Shown here piece after piece: positions 23,191 through 35,680 of a DNA stretch of 64,000 nucleotides. The notes under the pieces are model-generated. The model did no database searches. It was not told where the DNA came from and worked only from the letters and a program-made list of their open reading frames with translations. The position numbers were made by a program, and so were the translations under genes. Within the stretch, counting starts at the first letter, position 1, and every line of letters starts with the position of its first letter. This DNA comes from Camelus ferus (lineage: Eukaryota), in contig NC_045697.1 of assembly GCF_009834535.1 (NCBI RefSeq), positions 78,060,001-78,124,000 of the forward strand, given 5' to 3'.

Positions 23191-24569
23191 CTGGGGAACT
23201 ATAGTTTTCTTTTTCTGATTTGATTGACAATTACTGTGGTGGGAGAGTAAAGAATAAGTAATGCAGCTTACTCAAGATTATACATTCTTTCCCTTACATG
23301 TTACTTTTACTTACAAAATTCACAATGAATTTTTTCCTGAGATCTAAATTTCTTTTTAAGAATGTGTGTCATCTATTCAAAAAAAAAAAAAATACCGGCT
23401 GAAGAAAATGACAATTGCAGTCTCTGACCGTGACTCACCAAAAACATTGAAGGAACAGACTGGATACCTTCATTCTTGCCTTTATGCCTGAAGTTTAGAT
23501 TCTTACTCTATGGATATGTACTCAAAAGAGTTTTGAATATTTACTTCACTGAATGCACAACTCAGTTTTCTCCTTTTTGGTCATGGTTGAGTGAGTTATT
23601 TATGGTAAAACAATAATCTGAGTTTTGAACAAATGAAAAATTTAGAATGTTGATAACTTGACCACTAACAGTGCCCTCTTGAAGAAATGTTCCTTTCTGG
23701 TGAATATACAAAGACCAGCAGATAGTTTCCCAATAGATAAAAAGTTTGGTGGGCTGACAGATCTTAAATTTCTAACTGGTGTCTGTTTCACCATATATAA
23801 CTTTACAATCTTTTTTTTTCCTCCTCAAAATGGGTGTTTTATCATGCCATCACCAAACTGCTGCCTACATTTTCATATTAGAATTGAAGACATCGGTCAC
23901 ATCCCTAATGAATTCACCAAGTGAACCTCCTTGAAAATTTTTGGTGCCTAATATTACTTAATTCTTTGAATAAAAAAATCCAACAATATAAAACCCTTAT
24001 TATGTGCTTTTAGGTTTTTATAAGAAAATAGGAAGTACATGAATGAAACTTAATCTTCTATTGTCATTACTCATCTCATACTTTCCTGATAGTTTTTCCA
24101 ACTCAGTATCCACAAAGATGTTTTGGAGAAAAAATCCCCCAGTATTTTATGCTTTTAAAATAAATTATTGGCCAGAAAACTAAAATCTTCTGCTTATTAC
24201 AGTTGATCAGATTTCAATGCTTAGTGTGTGGCACAGAAAACACCTACTTTCTTCATTTAGTCACCATTTAAAGTCAGAGATGCACTCCAGAAGAGATAGT
24301 TGTGGTTTTGAGGGCAATTTCAACATAACTAATGGTACTGCATGTCTTACTTTTTAAATGTGGCTATAGATAAATCATTGTCTTAGATTGGAACACCTTA
24401 TTATTTAAGAAATCATATGTCTAAAGATCAATTTCATTCATAAGAAACAGAACGGTTTATTTCCCATTTATGGGGGCTCTTTCTAGAAAAACAAGTCTCT
24501 TTCTCTGTGTATACACATATACACAGACACACACACAACACTTTACATTATTTTAAGAGGTATGTTAAA

Positions 24570-24900
24570 AACACTTTTTTAAAATTATTTCTAACTATAG
24601 TAAAAGTAGAATGAACAGTACTACAACCCCCAGTGTACTCATCACAACTTTAGTAATTATGACAATCGTGTTTAATTATTTTAAATCTATATCTATATCC
24701 CCTATCCCAGGGGATTCTTTTGAAGCAAATTCAGACACAATATTATTTCACCTGTAAATACTTCTGAATATATCTCTAAAAGTAATAATTCTCCCTTAAA
24801 CATGTAAAATAATCCATTAACACATAGAATAATTAACCATAATTCTTCAAATATTGTCACATTTAAAACAGAGAATTTCCACATTTGAGTGGTCACTATG
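24570..24900 (-). mobile_element. L1MC/L1ME 3' region
   Basis: gattctttgaagcaaattcagacacaatattatttcacctgtaaatacttc. Confidence 0.65.
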
Positions 24901-24974
24901 TTCTTGGTTATTTATGTTTTTTTTCATTTAAATTCTCAAGAGCTAATAAAGTTAATTTTCTTTCTAAAATCCAC

Positions 24975-25270
24975 ATAGTGTAAAACAGTAGTTAAGTATA
25001 ATGGATTTGAAAAATTAGGACTCCAGTCCCTGCTTTGCCATTTATTAGCTATGTGGCTTGAAGCACATTAGTAAGCCACAATTTCCTCATCTATAGAAAT
25101 AGAAATAATTATACATGAGTATCAAATGCTTTATATATGTAAAGTGCTTAGTTCAGTGCCTGATATGTAGTCAGTTCTTTGTAACTATGAACTATTTTAA
25201 AAAAATCAGAGTTGGAATTTGAACCCGGGTCTGTCCAATCCCAAAGCCCATGAACTTTCCACTGTGCCAC
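24975..25270. mobile_element. MIR (+) followed by a MIR fragment (-)
   Basis: atttattagctatgtggcttg..tttcctcatctatagaaat..gtaaagtgcttagttcagtgcctg; then cagagttggaatttgaacccgggtctgtc. Confidence 0.75.
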
Positions 25271-26109
25271 ACTCAACTAGCGTGGTGACAACATTGGCAG
25301 CACATCAGCCTGGACACTCTTTAAAGAGTATTTAATATGTACTTATTAAGAGTCCACTCCTTGGTAGCCCCAAACTTTCCATCATTGTTGGCAGGCTAGT
25401 GATGGGAATTCTCTAGTTGTGGCCATCACTGGTCACAGAATACAGCTGAGCCTAAACAGGTGGCTGAGAAGGTGAGCGGAGCCAGCATGGCACAGAACAC
25501 GGAAAGGCAGGGCAGAACAAAGTGGTGGCAGGTGGGGTTTGATGGTGAGAAATGCTCCCACAACCCCCCATGGAGGGCAAATTGCCACAGCCAGCATTCT
25601 ACATTCATCATCCTATGGCGAGCTGTGATCCTGGGCCACTGCCACCACTTAGATGCCACAGGAATGAGGCTGCTCTTTGTGCTGATTTATGCTCACAATT
25701 ACAGTTCTTGTGATTTCCAACTTCATACTTTTTATGTCAAGAAATATTCCAGTCTAGATTTGTTCAAACCAGAGAATACAAATCAACTTTTGTAAGTGAC
25801 TGGATGCTAAAATATTACAGATTAATAAAGAACAGAAATGCAACTCTGTCACAAAGCTGGAAGATATAGAAGACTGGGCCAAAGAATCGGCAACTATTTA
25901 TTAAGCACCTAAAATGGGTCAGGAACCGAGGTACAGAAAGGAGACTGCATTTCCCCCGGTTTGCACTTTGTTAAAGACTAATAGCTAAAGCAGGAGCCTT
26001 CTGTCAAATCTGTGCTGTTATTAATGTTAATGCTTCATACTTGAAATTTCTCCATGATGACACAAGCCTGTTGTCCTCTATTTCCTTCAGGAATAAGTGA
26101 TAAAATTTA

Positions 26110-26720
26110 ATTCCTTCTTTCATTAATCCAGTAAACACTTATTGAGCATCTACTATACATGCCATATACTTTTCTAGGCACTGAGGCCATGGCAGTGAAC
26201 AAAACATACAAAATCTCTGCCTTCATGGAACTTATATTCTAGGGGGGGGAGATGGGAAATAAATAAGAAAAATATAAATTATGCTAGCAAAAATTGCTAA
26301 GGAAGAATGAAGCTGGCAGGAGGACTGGAAGTGTTGAGGGGAGTTACACAAATCTAGATAAGGCAGACAGGGAGGGTGTTCCTGAGAAGGTGATTTAGGA
26401 ATAAAGATCTGAAGGAAGTGGGGGGACGACCATGCAGACATCTGGGTATGAGTGCTTCTAGGCAAAGGGGACAGCAGTTGAAAAGACCCAAAGGCAGACT
26501 GTGACTGGCATGTTGGGACAATGGTCAGGAGGCCGCTGTGCCTAAGAGAGAACAGGAGGAAATGAGGCGAGGGAGGACATCTGTGTGCAAATCGTGCACG
26601 GCCTTGTAGGCTGGGCTGAGGACGCTGGCTGTTAGGCTGAGGGCGCTGGAAAGTGGCTGTAGGGTCTCAACAGAGCAGAGGCGGGATCGCACTGGGCCGG
26701 TGGTAGAATCACTCCTGCTG
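26110..26720 (-). mobile_element. L2 3' region
   Basis: cacttattgagcatctactatacatgcca..ctctgccttcatggaacttatattctag..agaaggtgatttaggaataaagatctgaagga. Confidence 0.85.
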
Positions 26721-28356
26721 CTGGGGACAGAACAGAGGATGAATCAGGACAATGCCTGACGCAGTGTAAAAAACCTTAAGAATAAACTGTTGTCGTTAGT
26801 TTAACAACTCCTACGGTCTTTACTGTTTATGTCTGTTAAACTGAACTGAGAAGAAGACTCACTGAATGACAATCACTCATTTTACTGAAATGATTTCATA
26901 AACAGATTAAATCTACGAGATATGTTTTCTTTTATTTATGAAGTGATGATCTATAGAAAGGCAGCTTGAGAGGAACATTCTTTGTGGCTGTGGTCTATGT
27001 CTTGAGAAACTTGAAGATTAAAATTTTTATTATGTATGCTTAAATGTCTCAGCTTTGGATTCACTATAAGTAGTTTAAAAAACTAACATAAACTGTGCCT
27101 AGGGAGACCAGAGTCCATATACTCTTAGGATATTAAAAAAATCTATCATTTAAAACATAGTCTTTGACAAATTGAACAATATGTAAATATACTTATGCCA
27201 GTTATTCACAGTGAATGATATAGCTTTAAATTAAAATATTAGAATGTGGTTTTCTCTGTTATTCTGCTCTGTAGAAATACTTCTTTTGCACAATGTCCTA
27301 ATGGCACATGTTAAAGATTTCTTTTAGTGGGTGTTATTTTTAAGAATTCCAGATTGGATGATAATGATAAAACTTATATGTAGTATATTCCAGAAAAATT
27401 ATTATTGAGTTTAAAACTTAAAATGCAACAATAAAAAAATTTGGTGAGAAGCTTAATGAACTAATGTTTTCTGTAAATAAATTTTATTTAATAATTTTAT
27501 CAAACTTTTAAATTCCCCTCTCTTTCAACATGAGCAGATTGATAAATGTTTTGAAACTCATGTTTCATAGGAATATATGTGTGTATATATATATATATTT
27601 ATATATGTATATCTGTCATATGCCTATATATCAGACTATTTACTTTTTTGTAAAAAATGTAATTTTAGGAAAAGGTGGATATTAATCACTGGAAACAATA
27701 GTTTCCTAAGAGATTATTCCCTATAGATCTTTACTACATTATCTATTTTTTTTTGGCATTTAGAACTGTCTGTGAAATTCAAGGATCTTATTTAGGGACT
27801 TCTTGTCAACCATTTCTTTCTTGATGGTTTCCACACCTACTTAACTTTCAAATGTCAGTTGCTTTTTAGTAGAGCCCAAATTTAATAAACTTCCATTTCC
27901 TAGATTTCACCTGAAGGTAGATGTTAAGAAAATGTGGATGTAGAAAGAACTAAAACTTGAAAATTATAATTGTAGCTAACACTTAAAAAAATATACTATT
28001 TGGTAGTATCTGTCAGTCTTTATTCATGGAATACTTTCCTTCTAAAATAGGTATTTTTCCCTTTGGAAAGAAAAAAAATACCTTGTAAATACGAAACCAT
28101 TTATAGCCACTAGTGAAAGAATTAGCTTCTTATTTCTTGTAATTTGCAACAATTTAATAGAGCAAAATTATTTGCAAACAAATAATAGAGACAATCTTGA
28201 AAAAAAATATTGGGATGGAGAAAGGAAAGGATAATCTTAAAAATTCAATCAAAAGTATCAAATATAAATTCTTTATAAAAATTTTTAAAGTATGGAATTT
28301 GCTGCTGCACTTTGACAGAGAAACTCAAAACACAATAGGGATCAGCCTGGTTGCAT

Positions 28357-28530
28357 CAGTGCTTCTTGACTTCTGGTGTGCATAGGAATTTCCTGCATAA
28401 CTTGATAAAAATGTAGCTCCTTGTCCCACCACCAGGGACTCTGGTTTAGTTGGTCTCCATAGAGCCTGTGCCGGAGATGCATTTAAGGAGCATCCCACAG
28501 AATTTGAAAGAGGTCCTGGGATCACACTGT
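28357..28530. mobile_element. MER5-family hAT-Charlie MITE
   Basis: cagtgcttcttgactt..gtgcataggaatttcctg..ctctggtttagttggtct..atgcatttaa. Confidence 0.6.
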
Positions 28531-29499
28531 TATGCTCTCCTGTTTCAGCTGGTCCTTTGGTGCTCATCCTCCCCCATATTCTGCCCATGGAGTCATAATT
28601 TAAAATTTATCCTCTTCCTGTGGCATCCATTATAAACTTGTTTCCTTCATTCTTAGCAGATATCTTTACTTTTTAGTTTTTGAGATGATAAAAAGCTGTG
28701 ATCTACAACTTCCCGGAAGTCCTTCCTCCTCTTCAGAATTTCATACCATCTTGCATTTCCCCCTTTCTCTTTCCCATCCTAGAGGAGGACATGTCCCTCC
28801 TTCTTTCTAAGGCTGTATGTCTATTCATGTTCTTATATTCCCTTGCTCAATGTCTGGCTCTCTCACGATCTTCCAGTCTCCATGAGGACACAGATGGTGA
28901 CTGTCTTCTTGATCCCCATTTCTTCAGGGTTGGGTAAGGGCCTGCTTTGTTGCCAACACTCAGCAAATGTCTGTGAACTGAAGCCATGAGAGATTTCTTC
29001 TCCCTGGTCTCAAGAATTTACTTCATCTCCTTTTTACCTTCAATCCTCTGTTCTCTTCTCTCCAAACATGCTACTTTGGTGTCTTTATGCTCTCTCTTTC
29101 CCCTGGCTCTACTTCCCCTTAGACTACAGACATGATCATATCTTTCTTAAAATTAGAAGCCAAATCTCCCAGTTTCCTACACCACGTGTTGGGTTTTGTT
29201 ATGTAAAAAAAATAGTGGTTGCCTTATTATTCATACTGAGGAAAACTTGAGTTTTTTTTTTTCTCTTTAACTGGACAGTTGGAGGTCCCAAACCAAAATG
29301 TAGGGAACAAGAGGCATATGGGACAACTCCAAAGTGTATTTATTCAAATGCAGTTTGTTGATCTGTTAATCTGTCATATTTTCCAGGCTGAGCTATTCTG
29401 CCAGAGCAACATTCTACTGTATTCAAATCAGCTGTCCTGGAGTTGAGACACCTGTTAGTGTCTGTTTCTTAAGAAAACCGAGTGAGATGCTGTTGGAGA

Positions 29500-30960
29500 G
29501 ACAACATGTAATCAACTAGAAAATATAATTCAAAGTAGCAACAAGAACTAAAAGGGATCTAAATTAACTTAATCAAGAACACAGTTATTTTCGTGGAAAA
29601 CTTTAAGACTGTAATAAAGGGCATAAGTGATAATCTTTGTAAGCAGACATTTCATGCTTCTGGTTGGGACGACTTGATGTTGTGAAAATACCACACATTT
29701 CCTGAATTAATCTATACATTTAAATTAATCTGTAAATTTCATTCCAATCAAAGTAGCAGTTATATTTTCCATGTACCAGGAAGAATCATTGTTCACAAAT
29801 AGTCAAGTCAGACTTAAGAAAAATAAAGAGTGTGTGTGAGCATGAGTCTTGCTTACTCAATCAAATATTGAAAATTGGCCTGAAGAGAAAAACAGCATCA
29901 AAAATTGACCAATTGGATGGATTAGAAAGCACAGACTCATGTAGGAATGTGCATATATATTTAATTTATAATAAAAGTGTCATCTCAGATTGAGACGAAA
30001 AGAATTTGGAAAGTGTTGTGGGGAAAACTTGTTTACTATATGCAGAAAAATAAACTGGATTGCTAACTAATAAAGTATTTAAAGTAGACCCAAGATGTGA
30101 AAGGTAAAACTATATAGTTAACAGAAAAATGTATAGGAAAATACCTGTGATCTAGAGATGGAGAATAATTTCTCAAAACCACAAAAGAACTAAGTTTAAG
30201 GCAAATACTGATGAATTTGGTTATATCAAAGTTAATAATTTTTGATTAATTAATGATACTGTGGACAAAGTTAAGAGCTAATAGAATATGATAATCCATA
30301 TGTTCTAGATATTAATATATTTAAAAAGATAAATATTCTTGTATAAGAAATTCTAGTGAATTAGCCAAAAAAAAACCCCCAGAAAAATAGATAAAGAATA
30401 TGAACAATGTATAAAATTGAAAATCCTGATGTCCAATAAATATTTTGAGATTTTCAATTAATTTATAATCAGAAAAAATCCAAATTAAAACAACAAAGCA
30501 ATATCATTTGGTATTGATTAAGTTGGAAACCTGGATGATACCACATATGGTCAGGGATATGAAACCCTCATACCTTCTGGTGGGAGGTAAACTGGAATGG
30601 GCCATTCTGAAAGCCATCTCTCCAGATAGGATTATATCTACATTTATGACCCAGTAATTCTATTTCTGGGTATAGTATGTATGCTAAAGAAATGATCATA
30701 TGGTGTAGTATTATTTATAGTGGTGGGGATTAGGAGGCAAGTGGGGTGTCTATCTTTTGGAAACTTACATAAAATGTGATAGTTGCTCACCATGAATTAC
30801 TAAGTGACTGTGAAACAATGGACTCGATCTATACTCAGTAACCTAGATGAATCTTAAAATCAAAGTTCTGAGTAAAAATAGTTTAAAAAAAACACCAAAT
30901 GATGCACATTTTTGCAAGAAAACACACACTGCAAAACATTAAAGACATTAGAATGCCTAT
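29500..30960 (+). mobile_element. Ancient L1ME ORF2 3' part and 3' UTR
   Basis: A-rich; aattaatctatacattt..attccaatcaaa; caaattaaaacaacaa; tatgacccagtaattctatttctgggtata. Confidence 0.75.
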
Positions 30961-31449
30961 GGGGGACACTTTCATACTTAAAAATAATTATGTACCACCC
31001 TGAATTTTGAAGATTGAAGATAGAAAATAATTTAATTCTTTGCTGTTTGGTTATCTACTTGCTAAGCAAAAAGCAAAATAACATCTGAGGGGAAAAAAAC
31101 CCTTGTTCTAATAGCTATAAAATTGATTTAAAAAGAAACTAATTAAGAGGCTGTGGCAATAATCTAGATATGAGTTGCTAAATACCTGTGTTGGGTGGTG
31201 GCAGGGAGAGGAACAGTAGAGTGAAGTCAGCAGGCTATTGTGTTTGGATGGATGTTCAAGGGAAGGAAATACATAAACACATACATAAATAAATACAAGT
31301 TTAAAAGCTAATAGGAGGTTCTACTTCTGGTAATAGATTGGCTAGGATCATTTGGAGCAACTGCTCAACTAAAAATGCTGGATAAATTTTAAAGAAATTC
31401 TTACAGCATAAACAACTTGGCAAGTCATTCAGGAATTTTCAGATCAAAA

Positions 31450-33260
31450 TGTACAATTCTTCTATCCTGCTGTGACCTCCACTCCATTGATCCTACCAGC
31501 ATTTCAATGTCCTTCATTCCCACGATACCATCATTCTCCTCCTTGATCACTTGAATTCCACGGGCAATTGATATAAATCACTCGTATATTCCCTTGACAG
31601 TTTTGTTTTTCTTGGGCTTCACTGTAGTCAGTTGGCTGGATGAAACTATAGATAAATTCAAGTCTCTGCTTCTCTCCGCTTGTACTTGTTTCATTCAACA
31701 TGGCTGATGCAAAACATAAAACACACAAGCGCATTGGATGGTATCACTTTGAATTTAATGCTGCCAAGCAAATGTAACTTCTGTAGTCCATTCACTCACC
31801 CACTTGCCTAGGTGACTATTTCATGCCTTTCTTTCTTTTCAAAATTCCCTCTTCCCCCATCTTCAGTCTGAGCAGATGATCTTTTTTTTTTTTTCAATGA
31901 GACGTTCAGAGCAATCAGAAGAGAGCTTCCTGCAGATTTCCAACATCATGTCTGCTCACCAGCATTATAGTCCTGTACTCTGCCTTCCCACCTTGATGAA
32001 CCATCCATGTTCCGACTGAAAGCCCATCCCTCCTCCACTTGGGCAGCAGATGCTGTCCCTTCTCACTTACACAATGAGATCTCGCTCCAGCAAGATCTCC
32101 TCTCCGCTTCTTACAACATCAGATTTACACTCTACTGAATTATGCTCCCCAGCATACAAATATGCTGTTATTTCTCCCAGCTTAAACAACAACAACAACA
32201 AACATTTACCGACCCAGTTCTCCCATCGACCACCTTTTCTTTGCCCCCTTAGCAACAAAGCTCTTTGAAGGAGTTGTCTATACTCCCTGTCTTCAATTCC
32301 ATTTCTCCCTCTCTCTCGTAACCCACTCTAATTAATCAGGCTTTCATTCCACTCCACCTCACTAACCAAGACCTTCATTTTGCTAAATCAAAAGGTCAGT
32401 TCTTAGTCTTCGTCTTCCTTGACCATCAGGAACATTTACACAGTTGATTATTCCCTTCTCTTTAATCTGTATCTGGCTTTGGCTTCCAGGACATCACATC
32501 ACTTGATTGCCCTTCTACTTCGCTGGTCCCTCCTTCTCTGTCTTCACCGGTTCCTCCTCTTCTTTCTTGCATTTCAGAGTTACAGCCCTGAAACTCTATC
32601 CTTATTTCTCTTCTCTCTGTACATTCACTCCCTCAGGAACCTGTGCTGTCATCTGACTTTAAGGTTTTAAATATTGTCTGTATGTTAATGAGTCCCACAT
32701 TTACATATTCAGCTCAATCTCTCTTCAGTTGGCTATTCAGCACTTCCACTTAGAAGTCTAGCAGACATTTCAAAATCAATGTGTTCAAAACAAAACTTCT
32801 GAAACCCCTCACACTGTCAAAGAAAGACACGAACAGCAAAATGAACTACCTTGGGTGATGACAACTCCATGTTTCAGTTGCTCAGGCCTTAAATCTGGGT
32901 GTCATCCTTGACTCTTCTCTGACTTTCATATTCCACAGCCAATACTTCTTTAAATTATGTTGGCCCTACCTGTAAAATATGTCCGAAATCTATTTTCTTT
33001 TCATCACTTCTACTGCTGTTATCCTGATGCAAGAGATCATCATCCCTTGATTGGATTGATACAGACTCCTGACTGATCTTCTTGTTTTTACACTGTCTTA
33101 CTTCTAGTGTTTTTAACAAAAAAATCCTTTAAACCATATGTCAAATCATATCTCACCTCTGCTCAAAATCATGCGATATCTTCCTATTTCACTTCGGCTG
33201 TAGGATTTCCCTCCTGCCTCCCACTGTTACCTCCCTGACATTAGCTCTTCATTTCCAACT
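31450..33260 (+). mobile_element. Long L2 fragment (~1.8 kb, RT region)
   Basis: atcaggctttcattccactcc..catttacacagttgattattccc..ctgtatgttaatgagtcccacatttac (YADD remnant)..gtgtcatccttgactcttctct. Confidence 0.85.
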
Positions 33261-33759
33261 ACTCTCTTAGCTTTGTTAAGAAAAATGAAGACATAGAGAA
33301 CAATCATAAAGTAGTCAGTAAAAGAAAACTGGCAAACTGCCAGCTAGACCTATTAATAAAAGAAAAGAAGGGGTATAAACAATCAACCACAGAAACGGAA
33401 AGAAGACAGCACTACATGTGCTGTGGATGTAAACACATAAGAAAATATTGCAAACAATGTGATGGCAAAGGTTCGAAAATTTAGCAAAATTGATTACATC
33501 CTAAACAAGTCTCATTTATCAAAACTAACTTAAGGAAAAAATTAAAAACTTGAGTATCTGTTTATCCAGAAATAAGTTCACCTGTAGCCAATTTTTTTCT
33601 TAAAAAAATCTTGAGGGTTTAAAGAAATAATGCATATAAAGCACTAATCTTAGTAAGTGTCAACAATTATAATTATTACTATAATTTCTGAGACATACCT
33701 GTGGGTGGTTGTTGAAATTGTATGAGTAGATGACTTTTCTGAAGAGTGAAAATGCAGGA

Positions 33760-33935
33760 ATCAAAATCATAGACCTTAGAGTTGGGAGTAACTCAGAGAT
33801 TGTAACCCATCTATTTCATTTTATAGCCAAAGAATCTGAAAGCCAGAGGAGTAACAGACTTCTTCAGTCTCACATAGCAAGTTAGTGGCACTGTTGGGAC
33901 TAGAACAATTTTTTCATGACTGCTAGTCAAGTGAT
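33760..33935 (-). mobile_element. MIR SINE
   Basis: ttagagttgggagtaactcagagat..tcattttatagccaaagaatctgaaagccagag..cacatagcaagttagtggca. Confidence 0.75.
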
Positions 33936-34184
33936 CATTCTGAAGAACTTTGAATATGGGTAAAAATAAATTTCCATGCAAATATCAACTAGCAAGAATA
34001 AGTATTACCATGGAAATATGGCTGTTGTAAAATAATGGAATTCTAGGTGCTTTCTTTTAATTTATAGATCTAATTATGAATTGATTTTTCTACTCTTCTA
34101 TCTTTTTAGTGCTAAGCTAGGTGATAATGGAGTTGACAAGTCAGTTTCCAACTGTGTAGTTAGAAGTCTATGTTGATCTGGTCG

Positions 34185-34927
34185 AGGGATGTTTATGTAA
34201 TTTGTGTTACCCGGGGCAAAACAAAAATGCTGGGCTTCTAACGGGGTCAGGGGAGTCATCTTCTCCTTCCCACAGGCCCATGTCCCAATATATGGTGGGC
34301 AGATGACCCCCTGTGGATCACAACCTCTGTTCTGGGATGTGCTTGGTAGCTGGCTTGGGACTGGGTAAAAGGCCCCATGCCAAGTTGCCCACTAAATATT
34401 GTGTGCTGCTGCCAGTCTGGGTAGGCTGAGCCACTGCCCTGACCTGCTGTAGGATATCATGGGGTGTGTGCCCAACACCAACCCTCTCTGTACCTGCACC
34501 CAGGCCCTCCTGAGACGAAAGGGCAAGTGACAACAGATTTTGAGCCTTCTCTCCCTCAAGGTTAGGATGTTAGTAGTCACAGGTAGATCAGGGGATACGA
34601 ATCTGGACAGAGCCTAGGTGACCAAGAACCCATCCTGGGTTGGTGGGCAGGAGGAGAGGTAATAGGAGGTGGGCCACTCTTGAGTGACACTCCAAGTCCC
34701 TGTGCATGCTCCATTTCCCCATAAGATTTCACTTACAAAAGGCAAATTCAAATGATCTCAATTGGTGGATGACCTTAACCAAGTATTTTAACTTCCCTAA
34801 GCCTTATTTTCCTTAGATTGTCACTTCAAGACAGAGGCTGCCAAGTATTAATTCAAGTGCAAGGCTTTTCTGAGCACGGAGCCCCCATGTGACTGCACTG
34901 ATTGTATGCCCATGAAACGAGCCCTAA
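34185..34927 (-). mobile_element. MER45-family (hAT-Tip100) element, long variant
   Basis: Both MER45 termini: taatttgtgttacccggggcaaaacaaaaatg and cttttctgagcacggagcccccatgtgactgcac..gcccatgaaacgagccct. Confidence 0.7.
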
Positions 34928-35179
34928 TATGGTGCCATAATGACTGTTCAATAAAAAATAGTGCTCCCTTTAATGGTTGTCTTTGACTTCTTTTACTGGT
35001 ACTTCTGATTCCTCCTTCTTTTGGCTTCCCAGTTGGCACCTCTTCTAGGCTGTCAAGTTTTATCTGGACACTCCAAGATGTATGAGGTATTTGAAGAAGA
35101 TATGGACTCTGATCTTTGGGAACCTACTTTGTTATGAGTCAATTAATGCTTTTGGTCTCTTTTGCATGTAACATCTAGG

Positions 35180-35680
35180 AACGTGGATTTTGAAGACAGC
35201 CAAGCCTGAGTTTGAGTTCTGTGTCTGCTCTTACTTGATAGGTGAACTTGGATAAGTTACTTAACTTTCTTAAATTTTCCTGAGATCATTCATTTGGAAG
35301 ACTGTGTGGTTAAGAGTGTAGAATTTGGAGCCAGACTGCATGGTTCTAGGCAAATCTTTAACTTCTCTGAGCCATAAAAGTAGGAATAATAGAATTATCT
35401 ATACTATCTAATAGTATTAAGGATTCACTGAGTTAGTTAACAGAAAGAGCTTAGAACAGTGTCTGGCATACACTAAGGGTTGAGTAAATACCAGCTATTA
35501 CTATTAATTCATTCATTGAAAGAGTATTTATACATCAATTACACTGTCCCAGGCATAATATTTCTTATGTCATGAGGAACATTATAGATAAATACCCATA
35601 AATGAGATAACACTTGTTAAGTCTTAGCACTATGACTGTCACATTGCATGACCTTAATAAATATTAGGTCCCTTAATAAT
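35180..35680 (+). mobile_element. Cluster of MIR pieces with a short antisense L2 tail
   Basis: Two MIR cores (35200-35280, 35300-35505), attcattcattga L2 tail, MIR 3' end at ~35600-35670. Confidence 0.65.
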
